64,000 nucleotides of DNA from Eledone cirrhosa (taxonomy: Eukaryota): assembly GCA_964016885.1 (NCBI GenBank), contig OZ024745.1, forward strand, positions 108,376,001-108,440,000, read 5' to 3'. The notes beneath the pieces were generated by a model. That model was not told where the DNA came from. It did no database searches and was given only the letters and a program-made list of their open reading frames with translations. The translations under genes and the position numbers were made by a program. Positions 12,859 to 25,235 of this stretch are shown piece after piece; positions within the stretch are counted from its first letter, which is position 1, and each line of letters begins with the position of its first letter.

Positions 12859-13686
12859 TGTAGGAAAGGAACTGGCATAAATTCCATAAAATGTATGCAA
12901 TGCAGATCTTGGGTACACAAGAGATGTAGTGAGATAGCAGGCAAACTAACAGGTAGGGAAAACTATGTATGCAGTCGATGTACAGGGAAAGTTGGCAGTA
13001 GTAATTGCAGTGATAGACACAGTTTTCCAAGGCAGGTGGGTTCTATAGAAGTGGTTGATAGCTTCCGGTACATAGGTGATCAGGTTAGCATGGGAAGGGG
13101 AGGGAGCATGTTCTGAGGCCATAGTATCTAGAATAAGGACGGGTTGGAAGAAGTTTAGGGAGCTGCTTCCTCTGTTGACGAAGAAGGGTTTCTCCCTGCG
13201 TACGAAAGGACGGTTATATGATGCCTGTGTGAGATGTACGATGCTACATGGTAGTGAGACATGGGCAGCAACTGCAGAGGATATGCGACGGCTGGAGAGA
13301 AATGAAGCAAATATGCTCCGTTGGATGTGCAATGTCAATGTGCGAGAACAACCAAGCATAGACGAGTTGAGAAAGAAACTGGGTATAAGAGGGATAAGTT
13401 GTGGTGTGCAGGAGAGAAGGCTGAGATGGTATGGACATGTGATGCACATGGAGGATGACTGCTGGGTAAAGAAGTGCCAAGAAATCCCAGTAGAAGGAAG
13501 ACGCAGTAGAGGTAGACCACGAAAAACATAGGCGGAGGTGGTGACAGCAGACCTGAGATCACTGAAACTCACCGAGGAGATGACGAAGGACTGTGACAAG
13601 TGGAGAGATGCTGTGCTGAATAGGACCCGTCCAACCCTTGCAAACAGGAAAAAGCGGATGTAAAATGTTGATGATGATGATGATGA

Positions 13687-13690
<4 letters not shown>
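12859..13690 (+). mobile_element. RTE-clade LINE subfamily B, 5'-truncated, with a frameshift and a stop
   Basis: ICRKGTGINSIKCMQCRSWVHKRC...CSRC, then [12 protein letters not shown]...HGSETW...RRLRWYGHV. The short 3' end is acccgtccaacccttgcaaacaggaaaaagcggatgtaaaatg(atg)n. Confidence 0.92.
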
Positions 13691-13733
<43 letters not shown>

Positions 13734-13939
13734 ATTTACGTATCAAGAGAGAGAAGGAGGGATAGGCGATACATGTAGTTATTTGCCAATAGCATATGCA
13801 GAGGGTGCTCAATACTAGTGCCGGCAGTGTTAAATATTAGAAGTGTTAATATCTAGTGGGCGAGAGAATTAGCAGAGCGGAAGCATGTGGAGAAGTAAAT
13901 AAAGGAGAACAAACCGTAAAAACATGTTTATTTAAAATA

Positions 13940-13979
13940 GCACCTATGTACGTTTCGCCCGAATGGGCTTCTCAAGGGC
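13940..13979 (-). ncRNA. Minimal hammerhead with U3-A8 core
   Basis: Reverse complement reads gccc-TTGAGAA-GCCC attc GGGC-GAAA-cgtaca-TA-ggtgc. The other arm (15943-15971) has GAAA-CGTACG-TA but has lost the 5' core. Confidence 0.65.
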
Positions 13980-14338
13980 ATAAACAACTAAAAAGCGTTC
14001 CTTACATGACGCGGAATGGGTTTTTAGAGACAAGTTCACGTCAGAGTTCATTCTTCATAAAAAAACATGTATTGATCTTGCAGTAGGTCAAGGGAGATAA
14101 CTCTAGCCAGTGTTAGCGCAGTCTTTTCCAGACAAATTTTTTTATCCGTTACTACTATGTGGTTACTACCTTACCATTGTCGATACGCACAGGGTCAGGT
14201 ATGCAACGTTTGTTTGCTGCACCTGCCTGGGTCGATTCATGCCGGGTCTGGGATGGATGGTTAGTTTCCGGGTGTTTTTTGCAGCTCCTGCCCGCCGGGG
14301 TGTTAAAGCTTGGTGCAGGGAGACCCGTTTTACGGTTT

Positions 14339-15300
14339 TCACTCCTCAATCTTATTCCATCTGGAGTAGGATATTTTTAAGTGGTGTGTACAGCTTATCA
14401 TTGTTTCAGCTCTGCTGTTGATGAGCTCGTGGGGTGCCATTATGATATGGTAGAGCTCCATGAGTCAAAGCTCACCCTTCCTCTTGAAGTTGTACGGTGC
14501 AGCTCTGCCAACAATTTCCCAGTGCGTGGAGAAGCTGATGTTTGAGTCTTTTAATACTGGGATGTAGTTTGCGAGCGAAGTGGAGTGTCTTAGTTTCTTG
14601 TTTGCGAAAGAGTGGAGATGCGTTTAAAATCTATTTTTGAACGGGCCAGAGGTAGCCCCTATATAATGTGTAACGCTATTATGGCTAGTTACGGTGCACC
14701 TATATATAACCCTATCAGTCAGGCAGTTACCCCTAAAGGGGCAGCGTCTCCTGTCGCGGCAGTTGCAATTTCGGTCGCGGTCCCTTCTAGTTCCCACGGT
14801 GAGGCTATTATTATTGCTATCTACGTTGTTACCTATGCTCCTACACCTGTCATTGGCACCATTATAACCCACTGCATGCGGGGTGATACCATTATTATTC
14901 CGCATGCAGCAGCATCTTCTGTTGCTGTCCAGTGACCCGTGCGGGTCACCTGCATATTCTCCAGTCATGTCACGGTTATGTTGGTTGCATCTGTAGTGGC
15001 TGTTGCCAGCACTATTGGATGCTGCTAGGGAGTCGTTAAGGCCGATGTAGTTGTCAGGTGTAGGTGCGTCGGTGCTAAGGTGCTGTGTCTTGATGATCTT
15101 ACTGTGATTAGTTGTTCCTATGATGTCTGCTAGGTTAGGAGTAGTAGAGAAGGATATTTTTATATTGTTCCTATTAAGGATTTTCCTATACTTATGCTTG
15201 GGCGGGAAGTTCTTCTCTAAGGCTTCGAAGAATATCCGGGGTATGTGGGAGGCCACACTCCGAGAGTAGGGGGGCTGGAACCATAGGACGTTACGGTGGC
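14339..15300 (-). pseudogene. PLE RT-thumb/linker plus GIY-YIG endonuclease with two in-frame stops
   Basis: RNVLWFQPPYS...ILNRNNIKISFS...CNCRDRRRCPFRGNC...VIY...YIGATSGPFKNRF*THLHSF...STSLANYI...W...PY...GEL*LME...LINSRAE...CTH. Confidence 0.9.
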
Positions 15301-16024
15301 GATTACTGTGTCTTTATACGTTTGCTATGGGTTGTGCTATCAGGGTGACCGTTCTTATGCATGTTATTGTGCTGTAGTCCGTTACATGTCTCTTTCGCTT
15401 TATGCTCGGTTTCACTCTTCTTCCTTCTGCTACGTTTATTTATAGGAGCTCTACCATATCATAACGGCACCCCACGAGCTCATCAACAGCAGAGCTGAAA
15501 CGATGATAAGCTGTACACACCGCTTAAAAATATCCTACTCCAGATGGAATAAGATCGAGGAGTGAAAACCGTAAAACGGGTCTCCCTGCACCAAGCTTTA
15601 ACACCCCGGCGGGCAGGCACTGCAAAAAACATCAGGAAACTAACCATGCATCCCAGACCTGTAATGCATCCCAGACTTGGCATGAATCGACCCAGGCAAG
15701 CAGGTGCGGCAAACAAACGTCTTGAAACAAACGTTGCATACCTGACCCTGTGCGTATCGACAATGGTAAGGTAGTAACCACATAGTAGTAACGGATAAAA
15801 AATTTGTCCGGAAAAGACTGCCCTAACACCGGCTAGAGTTATCTCCCTTGACATACTGCAAGATGTATTTTTACGAAGAATGAACTCTGACGTGAACTTG
15901 TCTCTAAAAACCCATTCCGGGTCATGTAAGGAACGCTTTTTAGCCCGTTCGGGCGAAACGTACGTAGGTGCTATTTTAAATAAACATGTTTTAACGGTTT
16001 GTTCTCCTATATTTACTTCTCCAC

Positions 16025-16081
<57 letters not shown>

Positions 16082-16135
16082 TATACAAATATGTGTGTGT
16101 GTGTAAATGTGTGAGTGTATTTGTGTGTATGTATG

Positions 16136-16166
<31 letters not shown>

Positions 16167-16167
<1 letters not shown>

Positions 16168-16991
16168 CAATAACTAGGGTAAGAACGGGATGGAAGAAGT
16201 TTAGGGAACTACTACCACTGCTAGCTGCAAAAGGCTTCTCCCTCAGAATGAAAGGCAGACTGTATGATATGTGTATCCGAACAGCGAAGTTGCATGGTAG
16301 TGAGACCTGGGTGCTGAAGGTGGAAGACTTACATAGATTAGAGAGAAACGAAGCCTGCATGCTCCGATGGATGTGTAACAGTAATATACGTGAACGACAA
16401 AGCATAAATGAATTGAGAAAGAGACTGAGCATAAGAGGAATCAAATGCTGTGTGCAGGAGAGGCGGTTGCGCTGGTATGGACATGTGATGCGTATGAAGG
16501 ATGACTGCTGCATAAAAAGGGTGCAGAGCACTAGAAGTCGATGGAAACCGCGGAGTGGGGAGACCCAAGATGACCTGGGATGAGGTGATAAAAGCCGACC
16601 TTACCCAATTACACCTCTCAAAGGCAATGACACACGACCGTGACCTCTGGCGTCACGCAGTAATACAGAGTACCCGACCTCCCATGGGTACAAGCTGAAG
16701 CATATAGACAATATGCCCCCACCGCAAGGTGGTCATGGAGGTGCCACGACAAAAAAGCACCAAGCCCACACTGTAAAGTGGACGTATAGGCGCCACAAAA
16801 AAGCACCCAGCACTCACTGTAAATGAGGTTGGTGTTAGGAAGGGCATCCAGCTGTAGAAATCAAGCGAAATCAGTTCCCGTATGAGCAAGGCATGGTCAG
16901 CCGACCAGACACTGCCCACAACAGGACAACCCGTCTAACCCATGCTAGCGTGGAAGAACGGACGTAAAATGGTGATGATGATGATGATGAT
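16167..16991 (+). mobile_element. RTE-A LINE 5'-truncated copy, flanked by (TA)n on both sides
   Basis: Near-identical reverse complement of about 4205-5038, with a (TGA)n tail. Confidence 0.95.
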
Positions 16992-17115
16992 ATGTGTATA
17001 TATATATATACATATATATATGTATTTGCAAAAAGTAAACAGAAAACAACAAAGAAAACAATACAGTATAATGAAGATTTATATTAGTTTAAAATTTGAT
17101 ATAGTAGTAAAATAG

Positions 17116-17151
17116 TTTTAATGTTTCTGATGCTAGTCCTTCATCAGAATA
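17116..17151 (-). ncRNA. Degenerate minimal hammerhead (family F7; sibling at 27088-27123)
   Basis: Reverse complement reads tatt-CTGATGA-aggac tagc atca-GAAA-catt-aaaa. The sibling reads tctt-CTGAAAA-a GGAC taga GTCT-GAAA-catt-aaga. Both sit in homologous repeats at about 17025-17185 and 26997-27150. Confidence 0.5.
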
Positions 17152-17498
17152 TAGAATGAGAAATAAAAGAAGAAATAGAAAAAATAGGAGAGAGTGAGAA
17201 GAGAGAATAAAAGAAAGATATATAGAGAGAAAGGAAGGGAGAGTGGGGCAAGTGAATGAGAGGGGTGAAGGGAAAGAAAAATAGAAAAAAACTGCAGAAA
17301 AAGTTGTCAGAGAAACAAACTCACAACAATCAAACTAACTAACTAAAGAATGAAGATCCAAGAAGCCATTTATTTTTTCATTTGTTTAACCACAGTAATA
17401 GTTGCACACATTTTTTCCCCTTACACATATACACAATACTATGAAAAAACTTCTGTCTTGTTTGTTAAATAATATATATATATATACATATATTTATA

Positions 17499-17536
<38 letters not shown>

Positions 17537-18074
17537 CTGTTTCTTTTGCATAGCAGGGGGAAAATACTTACATATTACAAGACATAACAGACAAGTATAG
17601 GGGAGAAATGATGGCTTAAAGCTGACATATATTCAAAAGTTTCCAGTGAGAGGAACCATTCTATAGTCCTTGGCTTTGATGGCAGCACAGTCTTTAAGTT
17701 AAGGTTGAGGCAGAGATGGGGAGATAACTTTAACTTCAATCAGCCACACATCTTAAGGCACATTGACTAGAGAGTTAGATAGCGCAAGAACGCGAGTTGA
17801 CAGCCATATAAGTAAAGAAAATACATACATTCACACACACAGACACATACACACACACACATATATATATATACACAGTGTGTGTGTTTATGGATATGGA
17901 TACATATACATATATATTCATTTTTTCATTTTTCATTTTTCATTTATATATATATATATATATGTATATATATGCATATATATTTGTGTGTATATGTATA
18001 TATATATATGTATATATATATATGTATATATATATATATGTATATATATGTATATATACGTATATATATGCATA

Positions 18075-18117
<43 letters not shown>

Positions 18118-18142
18118 TTATATGTATATATATGCATATATA

Positions 18143-18185
<43 letters not shown>

Positions 18186-18192
18186 GCATATA

Positions 18193-18273
<81 letters not shown>

Positions 18274-18280
18274 GCATATA

Positions 18281-18334
<54 letters not shown>

Positions 18335-18738
18335 CATATATATGTGTGTGTGTGTGTGTGCATATATATATATATATATGCATATATGCATATATATATA
18401 TATGTGTGTGCATATATATATATATATATATATGCATATATGCATATATATATATGTGTGTGCATATATATATATATACACACACATATATATGCATATA
18501 TGTAAAAGGAAACTTGGTCATTGTGAAGGTGACGTTGATGCATTCAAGAGCAGTACATTTATTTATTGACCAATGTGTAAATAACAACAAAAAATGAAAG
18601 CTAGGAAAAGCAAAATAAGCAGTAAAGCAAGAAAAAATCAAAACAAATGACTAAGTAACAACAGGAACATGCTATATGTTTGTCATAAGAATCAACAATA
18701 ATAAATGAGAGATCTAAACAAACAACATGGGGATATAA

Positions 18739-18787
<49 letters not shown>

Positions 18788-18794
18788 AATATAT

Positions 18795-19100
18795 CTATAT
18801 ACCTATATGGCAATTTCTGTCTGTCTGTTTGTTTGTTTGTAAACCCCTAAAACTCAAAAACTACCAAACCGATCTTGATGAAACTTGACACATGTGTGGG
18901 GCTCATGCCCATTTGATTTCTTAAGTATATTTCATAAGTAAATGGCAACATAAAATGCCTATTCACAAAATTTCAGCAAATTTCAATAATATTAAGACGC
19001 CCTAATGGTGGTTAAACCCCCTATAGTGAAAGTTTTGGCCAATAAACGGAACAAGATTTCACGCACTCCTCCTATGGTTTTGGAGATAGACCCCCATAAC
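18795..19100 (+). mobile_element. Possible non-autonomous Helitron-like fragment
   Basis: 5' TC start, (ctgt)n/(ttgt)n and aaactaccaaaccgatcttgatgaaacttgacaca are typical of invertebrate non-autonomous Helitrons. The 3' end was not found. Confidence 0.45.
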
Positions 19101-19201
19101 CCTATATATTCTGAAACTTATCTTAACCTACAACATTTTCAACATATGGATTACATCGAGTTCTTCATGCAGAATAGACCCCACAACTTACAGTGGATAC
19201 C

Positions 19202-19237
<36 letters not shown>

Positions 19238-19826
19238 TTTACATATATAACATGTATTATATAATTATATATATATATATATATCAAAATAAATTAACGG
19301 AGCCATAGACTTGCGTTATTCCCTGTAAATTATGTGCTCAAAAGAAAAGGAATCCTGAGCTCCTCAAAATACAATATGTAGAAAGGATAACATACTAGAG
19401 AGAGAGAGAGTGTGCCATCAATAAACAGGGAATCTATAAACTACGGAAGGTAAGGTAGACACATAATAATTAAAAATCATCATCATAATCATCATCATCA
19501 TCGTTTAACGTCTATCTTCCACGCTAGCATGGGTTTAGACGGGAATTTTCCCATGTGAGATTGGTTGTCTTGCTCATATAGGACTGACTGGCGGGTTTTC
19601 TATGGCTGGATGCCCTTCCTAACACCAACCACGTTTACCCACCTCTATAACTATATATCACACACGTACAAATCCAAGGAGATTATATATATATATAATG
19701 TGTGTGTGTATGTGTAGAAACATATTTATATATGTAGATATAGACATATTTGTATATATGTATGTATGTGAGAGTGTATGCCTTTGTGAATGCATATACT
19801 TATGTATGTATAGATCTTTGCGTATA

Positions 19827-19858
<32 letters not shown>

Positions 19859-20167
19859 AATATGCATATGCTGTGGGTTTGTATGTGTGTGTGTGCGTGT
19901 GTGTAAGACAATACACAAAAATAACAGATATACCAACACAAGACAACATCTAAGGAAACAAACACACAACAACAACTCTATTAACAATGATGAAAGACAG
20001 AAAGCAACAGAATCGAATTTAAGTAAACTGTGCAATATATGCATATACGCACACAAAAATCATTGCATCACGAGAGGAAACAAAGCAGTGTCATTGGATG
20101 AAACACACATCTACACACACACAAATACACACACGCTCACACATAGATATGCATACTAAAAAATAGT

Positions 20168-20283
20168 ATAGTGAGAATTGGTAATGAGTTTAGTGAGGAA
20201 TTCAATGTGCAGATGGGTTTTCAACAAGGCTCAGTCCTCGGCCCTCTCCTGTTTATTATGTTTCTCCAGACTATAACAGAAGT
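20168..20283 (+). pseudogene. Isolated RTE RT fragment
   Basis: Translates as VRIGNEFSEEFNVQMGFQQGSVLGPLLFIMFLQTITE. Confidence 0.8.
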
Positions 20284-20287
20284 TTAA

Positions 20288-20508
20288 CCCTTTATCATTT
20301 AAACAAGCCATATCTGGCCAGAATTCTCTCACATCTTTCTGTTCAAACTGGCTGTAACTGGTCGCTTGTACTGATATTAAGGTATTGTTCTTAAAATAAA
20401 TAACATCAAAATCTCATAGCTTTGATATTTTGTGAGATAATTATGTGAGGTAAAGTCTTTACTGTGAAAATACAATAGTATATATAGAGTAATAAAAATG
20501 ATAAAGGG
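20288..20508 (-). mobile_element. piggyBac-type MITE
   Basis: ttaa|ccctttatcattt...aaatgataaaggg|taaa. It is the reverse orientation of 46071-46275. Confidence 0.8.
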
Positions 20509-20699
20509 TAAAAAGTGGTTGTCCATATCCTAAACATAATCATCATTATCATCAGCATCGTTTTTACATCCACTTTTCCATGAGTTGGACAGTATGTTTT
20601 TAGACAATGTTTTACAGCCAGATGCCCTTCCTGACACTAACTCCTTTTGTCATTTCTTACAACACACAGGGATACTGTGTGCCTATTCTACACATGTCA

Positions 20700-20770
<71 letters not shown>

Positions 20771-21270
20771 ACCTATTCTATAATGTCCCACTCCAGAATC
20801 CTTTTTCGCCTGCTTCCTATCTAGCCTAATTTCATACACACTCCTTAGAATTTGCTGTATAGAATTCCTTTTCAAAGCTTGACCAGCTACACCCACTCCC
20901 TCTTTGTTCTACAGGCAAGTTCAGCCACCCCACCTCCCACCCACTGCGCTGAAAAATTTAATTGTGTTTACAAGAAATTTTGACCAATCTTTTTAACAAC
21001 TACAATCTTCTCATATAAGGAATTACCCCTTGAAAAGTTTGGCTATTTATTACCAAGCTAAAAATTCTAATTAATCCAGAAATAGACGTCGAAACGGCTT
21101 GAGCTCTGCCGTTGGGGTTAAACGTTTTCATATATTTATATATATATAAATATATATATCCAAAATTAAAATTAAGGGTTGTCATGTCTGAGAGACATGC
21201 GCCATATCCACTGTAGAATAAGCTCAAAGATTAGATCCGAGCATTACATATCAACTAGAAATAGATTGAC

Positions 21271-21540
21271 ATATATATATAAAATAAACATATGAAACAA
21301 TCACAGGGAATAATTTGTAAAGAATGTAAGCACACATAGCTAGGTAAGTAACTAATTAAAGTTTGACTAGAACTTCAAATATAGATACCTTTTAAAATTG
21401 ATTAATCATTTTAAAAGGTATCTATATTTGAAGTTCTAGTCAAACTTTAATTAGTTACGTGTGCTTTAATTAGCTATGTGTGCTTACATTCTTTACAAAT
21501 TATTCCCTGTGATTGTTCCATGTATTTATTTTATATATAT
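21271..21540. repeat. Spacer-less palindrome of about 270 bp in (TA)n
   Basis: Centred on tgattaatca (21399-21408). The arms match apart from a short internal bubble. Confidence 0.93.
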
Positions 21541-21547
21541 ATCAGCT

Positions 21548-21666
21548 GTCTCTGTGGTGCAAGCGGTTAGGCTGGTTGTTCGAATCCACCCAGAGGCAAA
21601 TGGAAATTTTTCCGTCTAACCTATGCTAGCGTGGAAGAACAGACGTAAAACGATGATGATGATGAT
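21548..21666 (+). mobile_element. tRNA(Asn)-like head lacking the anticodon arm, fused to an RTE 3' tail (mini-SINE)
   Basis: gtctctgtggtgcaagcggttag|gctggttgttcgaatccacccagaggca followed by ccgtctaacctatgctagcgtggaagaacagacgtaaaac(gat)n. Confidence 0.7.
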
Positions 21667-21708
21667 GTGTGTGCGTGTGTGTGTGGAAACAATAACAAAC
21701 AACATTTA

Positions 21709-21741
<33 letters not shown>

Positions 21742-21755
21742 AATATTTATATACA

Positions 21756-21833
21756 CAGGGTGTCCCCAAAAATGTATACACATATTTATTAGAATGCTGT
21801 TGAAGTGTGTATACATGTTTTTGGGACACCCTG
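21756..21833. mobile_element. 78-bp Tc1/mariner-type MITE
   Basis: TIRs cagggtgtcccc aaaaatgtatacac ... gtgtatacatgtttttgggacaccctg|ta. Confidence 0.8.
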
Positions 21834-21881
21834 TATATACAAATATACATATATATATATAATAATTACATACATATATAT

Positions 21882-22442
21882 ATGTGTGCATGTATGTTTA
21901 TATATATACATACTACTGTACGTCTGTATACATATATGTATGTGCGTATACAAACTTATATTTAAGTATCAGCCGTACTAAGAGTGAGAAATAAAATTTC
22001 ATTTATTCCATTTATCGTTTTCGGTACACCTAGCCGACTAACTCACTCAATATGCAAATTAGGCTGCTCAGCCGTTAATATGTATAAGGAAAGTATATAC
22101 TTTCAAATGTTCAATCGACTGACAGGAAGGTATACGGTGCTGTTGACAGCTAATAAGCTAGAAACTAGTTCATCGTTCCTTTGTCAGTGTTGAACAAAAG
22201 GGCAAAGATGGTTGCCGAACACTGTACGGCTAATAATTTTGGGCTGTTTGTTTACAAACAAACCGAACTTTATAATAAATGTTCGGTAAAACCTATACGT
22301 ACATATATATATGTGTGCATGTATGTATATATATACACACTACTGTACGTCTGTACACATATATGTATGTACGTATACATAATTATATTTAGGTATCAGC
22401 CGTACTAAGTGTGAGAAATGAAATTTTGTTTCATTCTTTTCC
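21882..22442 (+). mobile_element. Family F1 element in tandem (direct-repeat) form, monomer about 430 bp
   Basis: Direct repeats at about 21882-22009 and 22311-22438. The body is homologous to 3800-4190 plus the tail at 3403-3458. Confidence 0.82.
22134..22176 (+). ncRNA. Hammerhead (A6U variant), family F1
   Basis: acggtg-CTGTTGA-c AGCT aata AGCT a-GAAA-CTAG-TT-catcgt. Confidence 0.65.
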
Positions 22443-22469
22443 ATATATATATATATATATGTGTGTGTG

Positions 22470-22824
22470 TTGGATGGTAGCTAAGATGCTCCCATAGGCG
22501 GTATGCCGGTTGAGCACTCTATGCTCTTACAGAGCAGAGTATGATATAATATAAAACGAAAAATCAGTAATGCATCTGAACTCAATTTATTGTGTGTTAC
22601 AACTGTTTCGCCGGCGGACAACTCGAGACGCGATCATTGTATGGATCTCTCTGTTTCTGGACCCGCAGGTTCGACAGACACGTTTAATGATTTCGGAGCA
22701 GAATGATTTCAGTCCAGAATCAGACAGATCCACACAATGATCGCGTCTCAAGCTGTCCACCGACAAAACAATTGTAACACACAATAAATTTAGTTCAGAT
22801 GAATCACTGATTTTCCGTTTTCTA

Positions 22825-22826
<2 letters not shown>
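22470..22826 (-). mobile_element. Fold-back element family F3, with a degenerate hammerhead at 22594-22681 (-)
   Basis: Arms are about 22550-22640 and 22715-22825. Reverse complement reads gtgt-CTGTCGA-acctgcggg...tccgccggc-GAAA-cagttg-TA-acac. Homologous to 50745-51170. Confidence 0.82.
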
Positions 22827-22861
<35 letters not shown>

Positions 22862-22875
22862 CATATTTATATACA

Positions 22876-23061
22876 CAGGGTGTCCCCCAAAATCTATACA
22901 CATATTTACTAGAATGCTGTTGAAGTGTGTATACATGTTTTGAGACACCCTGTATATACATATATATATATATATACACAGGGTGTCCCCCAAAATGTAT
23001 ACACATATTTATTAGAATACTGTTGAAGTGTGTATATATTTTTTGGGGTGGGGACACCCTG
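22876..23061. mobile_element. Two further copies of the roughly 78-bp CAGGGTG MITE (22876-22952 and 22979-23061)
   Basis: Same TIRs and core as 21756-21833. Confidence 0.8.
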
Positions 23062-23535
23062 TATATATATATTTATTTTGTTTGACCTGTTTAACTTGAT
23101 TTGTTTTTTGGCTTAGGTGGTTAATGCCTTCTTAACCACTTTTCAGTTTGTATGGCGTTTTAACATATTGTTTAGCTCTGGTTTTTTAACTATTGAGCGC
23201 TTGCCAGCATTTCTACGATTTTGCGTTTTGTTTCGCTTTTTCTACCAGTCGGAATACGATTCTCCCTGAATTATATTTATATATACACACACACATATAT
23301 ATATAAATAAGAAATGTGTGCACCTATCCTCTACAATGACCCAGCAAATTCCTTGACAGACTTCTAGTTGCATAAACAGTAATCATTTGTTTGTAAAAAA
23401 ACAACAAAGTCTTGCATTCAAGTCTTATAAAAGTTATTCCATCTCACTAAAAGTGATTCACAGATTCCTTTTCCAACTTTCTATCATTCATTTACTTTCT
23501 TCTTTGTTTATGTTATATTTATGTATATAGGAATC

Positions 23536-23589
<54 letters not shown>

Positions 23590-24090
23590 CATCATATCTA
23601 TATATATATATATATATATGTATATACATATATGTATATATATATATATATATGTATGTATATGTATGTATATATATGTATATATATATGTATATATATG
23701 TATGTATAAGTATGTATATATGTATGTATATATATATATGCATGTATATATATGTATATATATATATATATGCATGTATGTATATGTATGTATATATGTA
23801 TGTATATATATATATGTATGTATATATATATGTATATATATATATGCATACATATATATATATACATACATATATACATACATATATATATATGTATATA
23901 TATATATGGATGTTTATATGTATATATATATGGATGTATATATGTATATGTATATATATATGGATGTATATATGTATATATATATATATATGCATGTATG
24001 TATATGTATGTATATATGTATGTATATATATATATGTATGTATATATATGTATATATATATGGATGTATATATGTATATATATATGGATG

Positions 24091-24125
<35 letters not shown>

Positions 24126-24148
24126 GTATATATATATATGTATATATA

Positions 24149-24204
<56 letters not shown>

Positions 24205-24343
24205 TAGAAATGTCTATGTGGTTGCATATGTGTGCATGTGCATATGTGTGTATATGCATATGTTACTTTACAAGTCATATGCTTTGTATCTTTTCAGTTA
24301 ATTGTTTGACATTGCTTTTCAGGTTGAACATGTATTTTGTGTG

Positions 24344-24397
<54 letters not shown>

Positions 24398-24509
24398 TAC
24401 GTGTGTGTGTGTATTTGCATAAAAAGTATATCTATATATAAACATTTTATACAAATACATTTATATATATATAAATGTATTTGTATAATATATATATATA
24501 TATTTATAT

Positions 24510-24594
<85 letters not shown>

Positions 24595-24872
24595 TATATA
24601 ATATAAAATAGCATAACACACAAATCTTAAGTAATTTAGATGTCTTAAAATCTATAGGACATTTACCATTATTATTTAGGCTTCCATACGGATAAAAAGG
24701 TCTATTTACACACAAACAAACACACACACATGAATGTACGTACGCATGTATATATACACACACACATACACATGTACAAACACATATGCAATTATAATCA
24801 TTGATGGTTGCACATATATCAATACTCTAATAGATTTTTAACATGCATATATATTTACACACACTCAAAGAC

Positions 24873-24930
<58 letters not shown>

Positions 24931-25188
24931 TTATAAATATATATACTTATGCATACCTAAATACAAACAAACATGTGAAATATAAAGTGTGTGCATCACA
25001 CCACAAATGACAATAATAATTGTTGATTACTATAAATAATAGTTGAAAAAAACTGAGTAAAGTACCTCAGGAAATGGAAAAATGTGAAAAGAGACACATT
25101 TACATCTATAACTATAAGCCCCTCCAGTCAATCTTTTCTGTCGCAAGGGCACTTTACTCGATTGTCTCTAATATCATTTATTCTGATC

Positions 25189-25235
<47 letters not shown>

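Larger units (their letters stand above)
13729..16026 (-). mobile_element. Penelope-like element 1, 5'-truncated, with inverted pseudo-LTR, inserted in (TA)n
   Basis: Inverted arms are 13885-14459 and 15445-16026, with a tail at 13729-13884. It carries a GIY-YIG coding region and a hammerhead. Confidence 0.93.
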
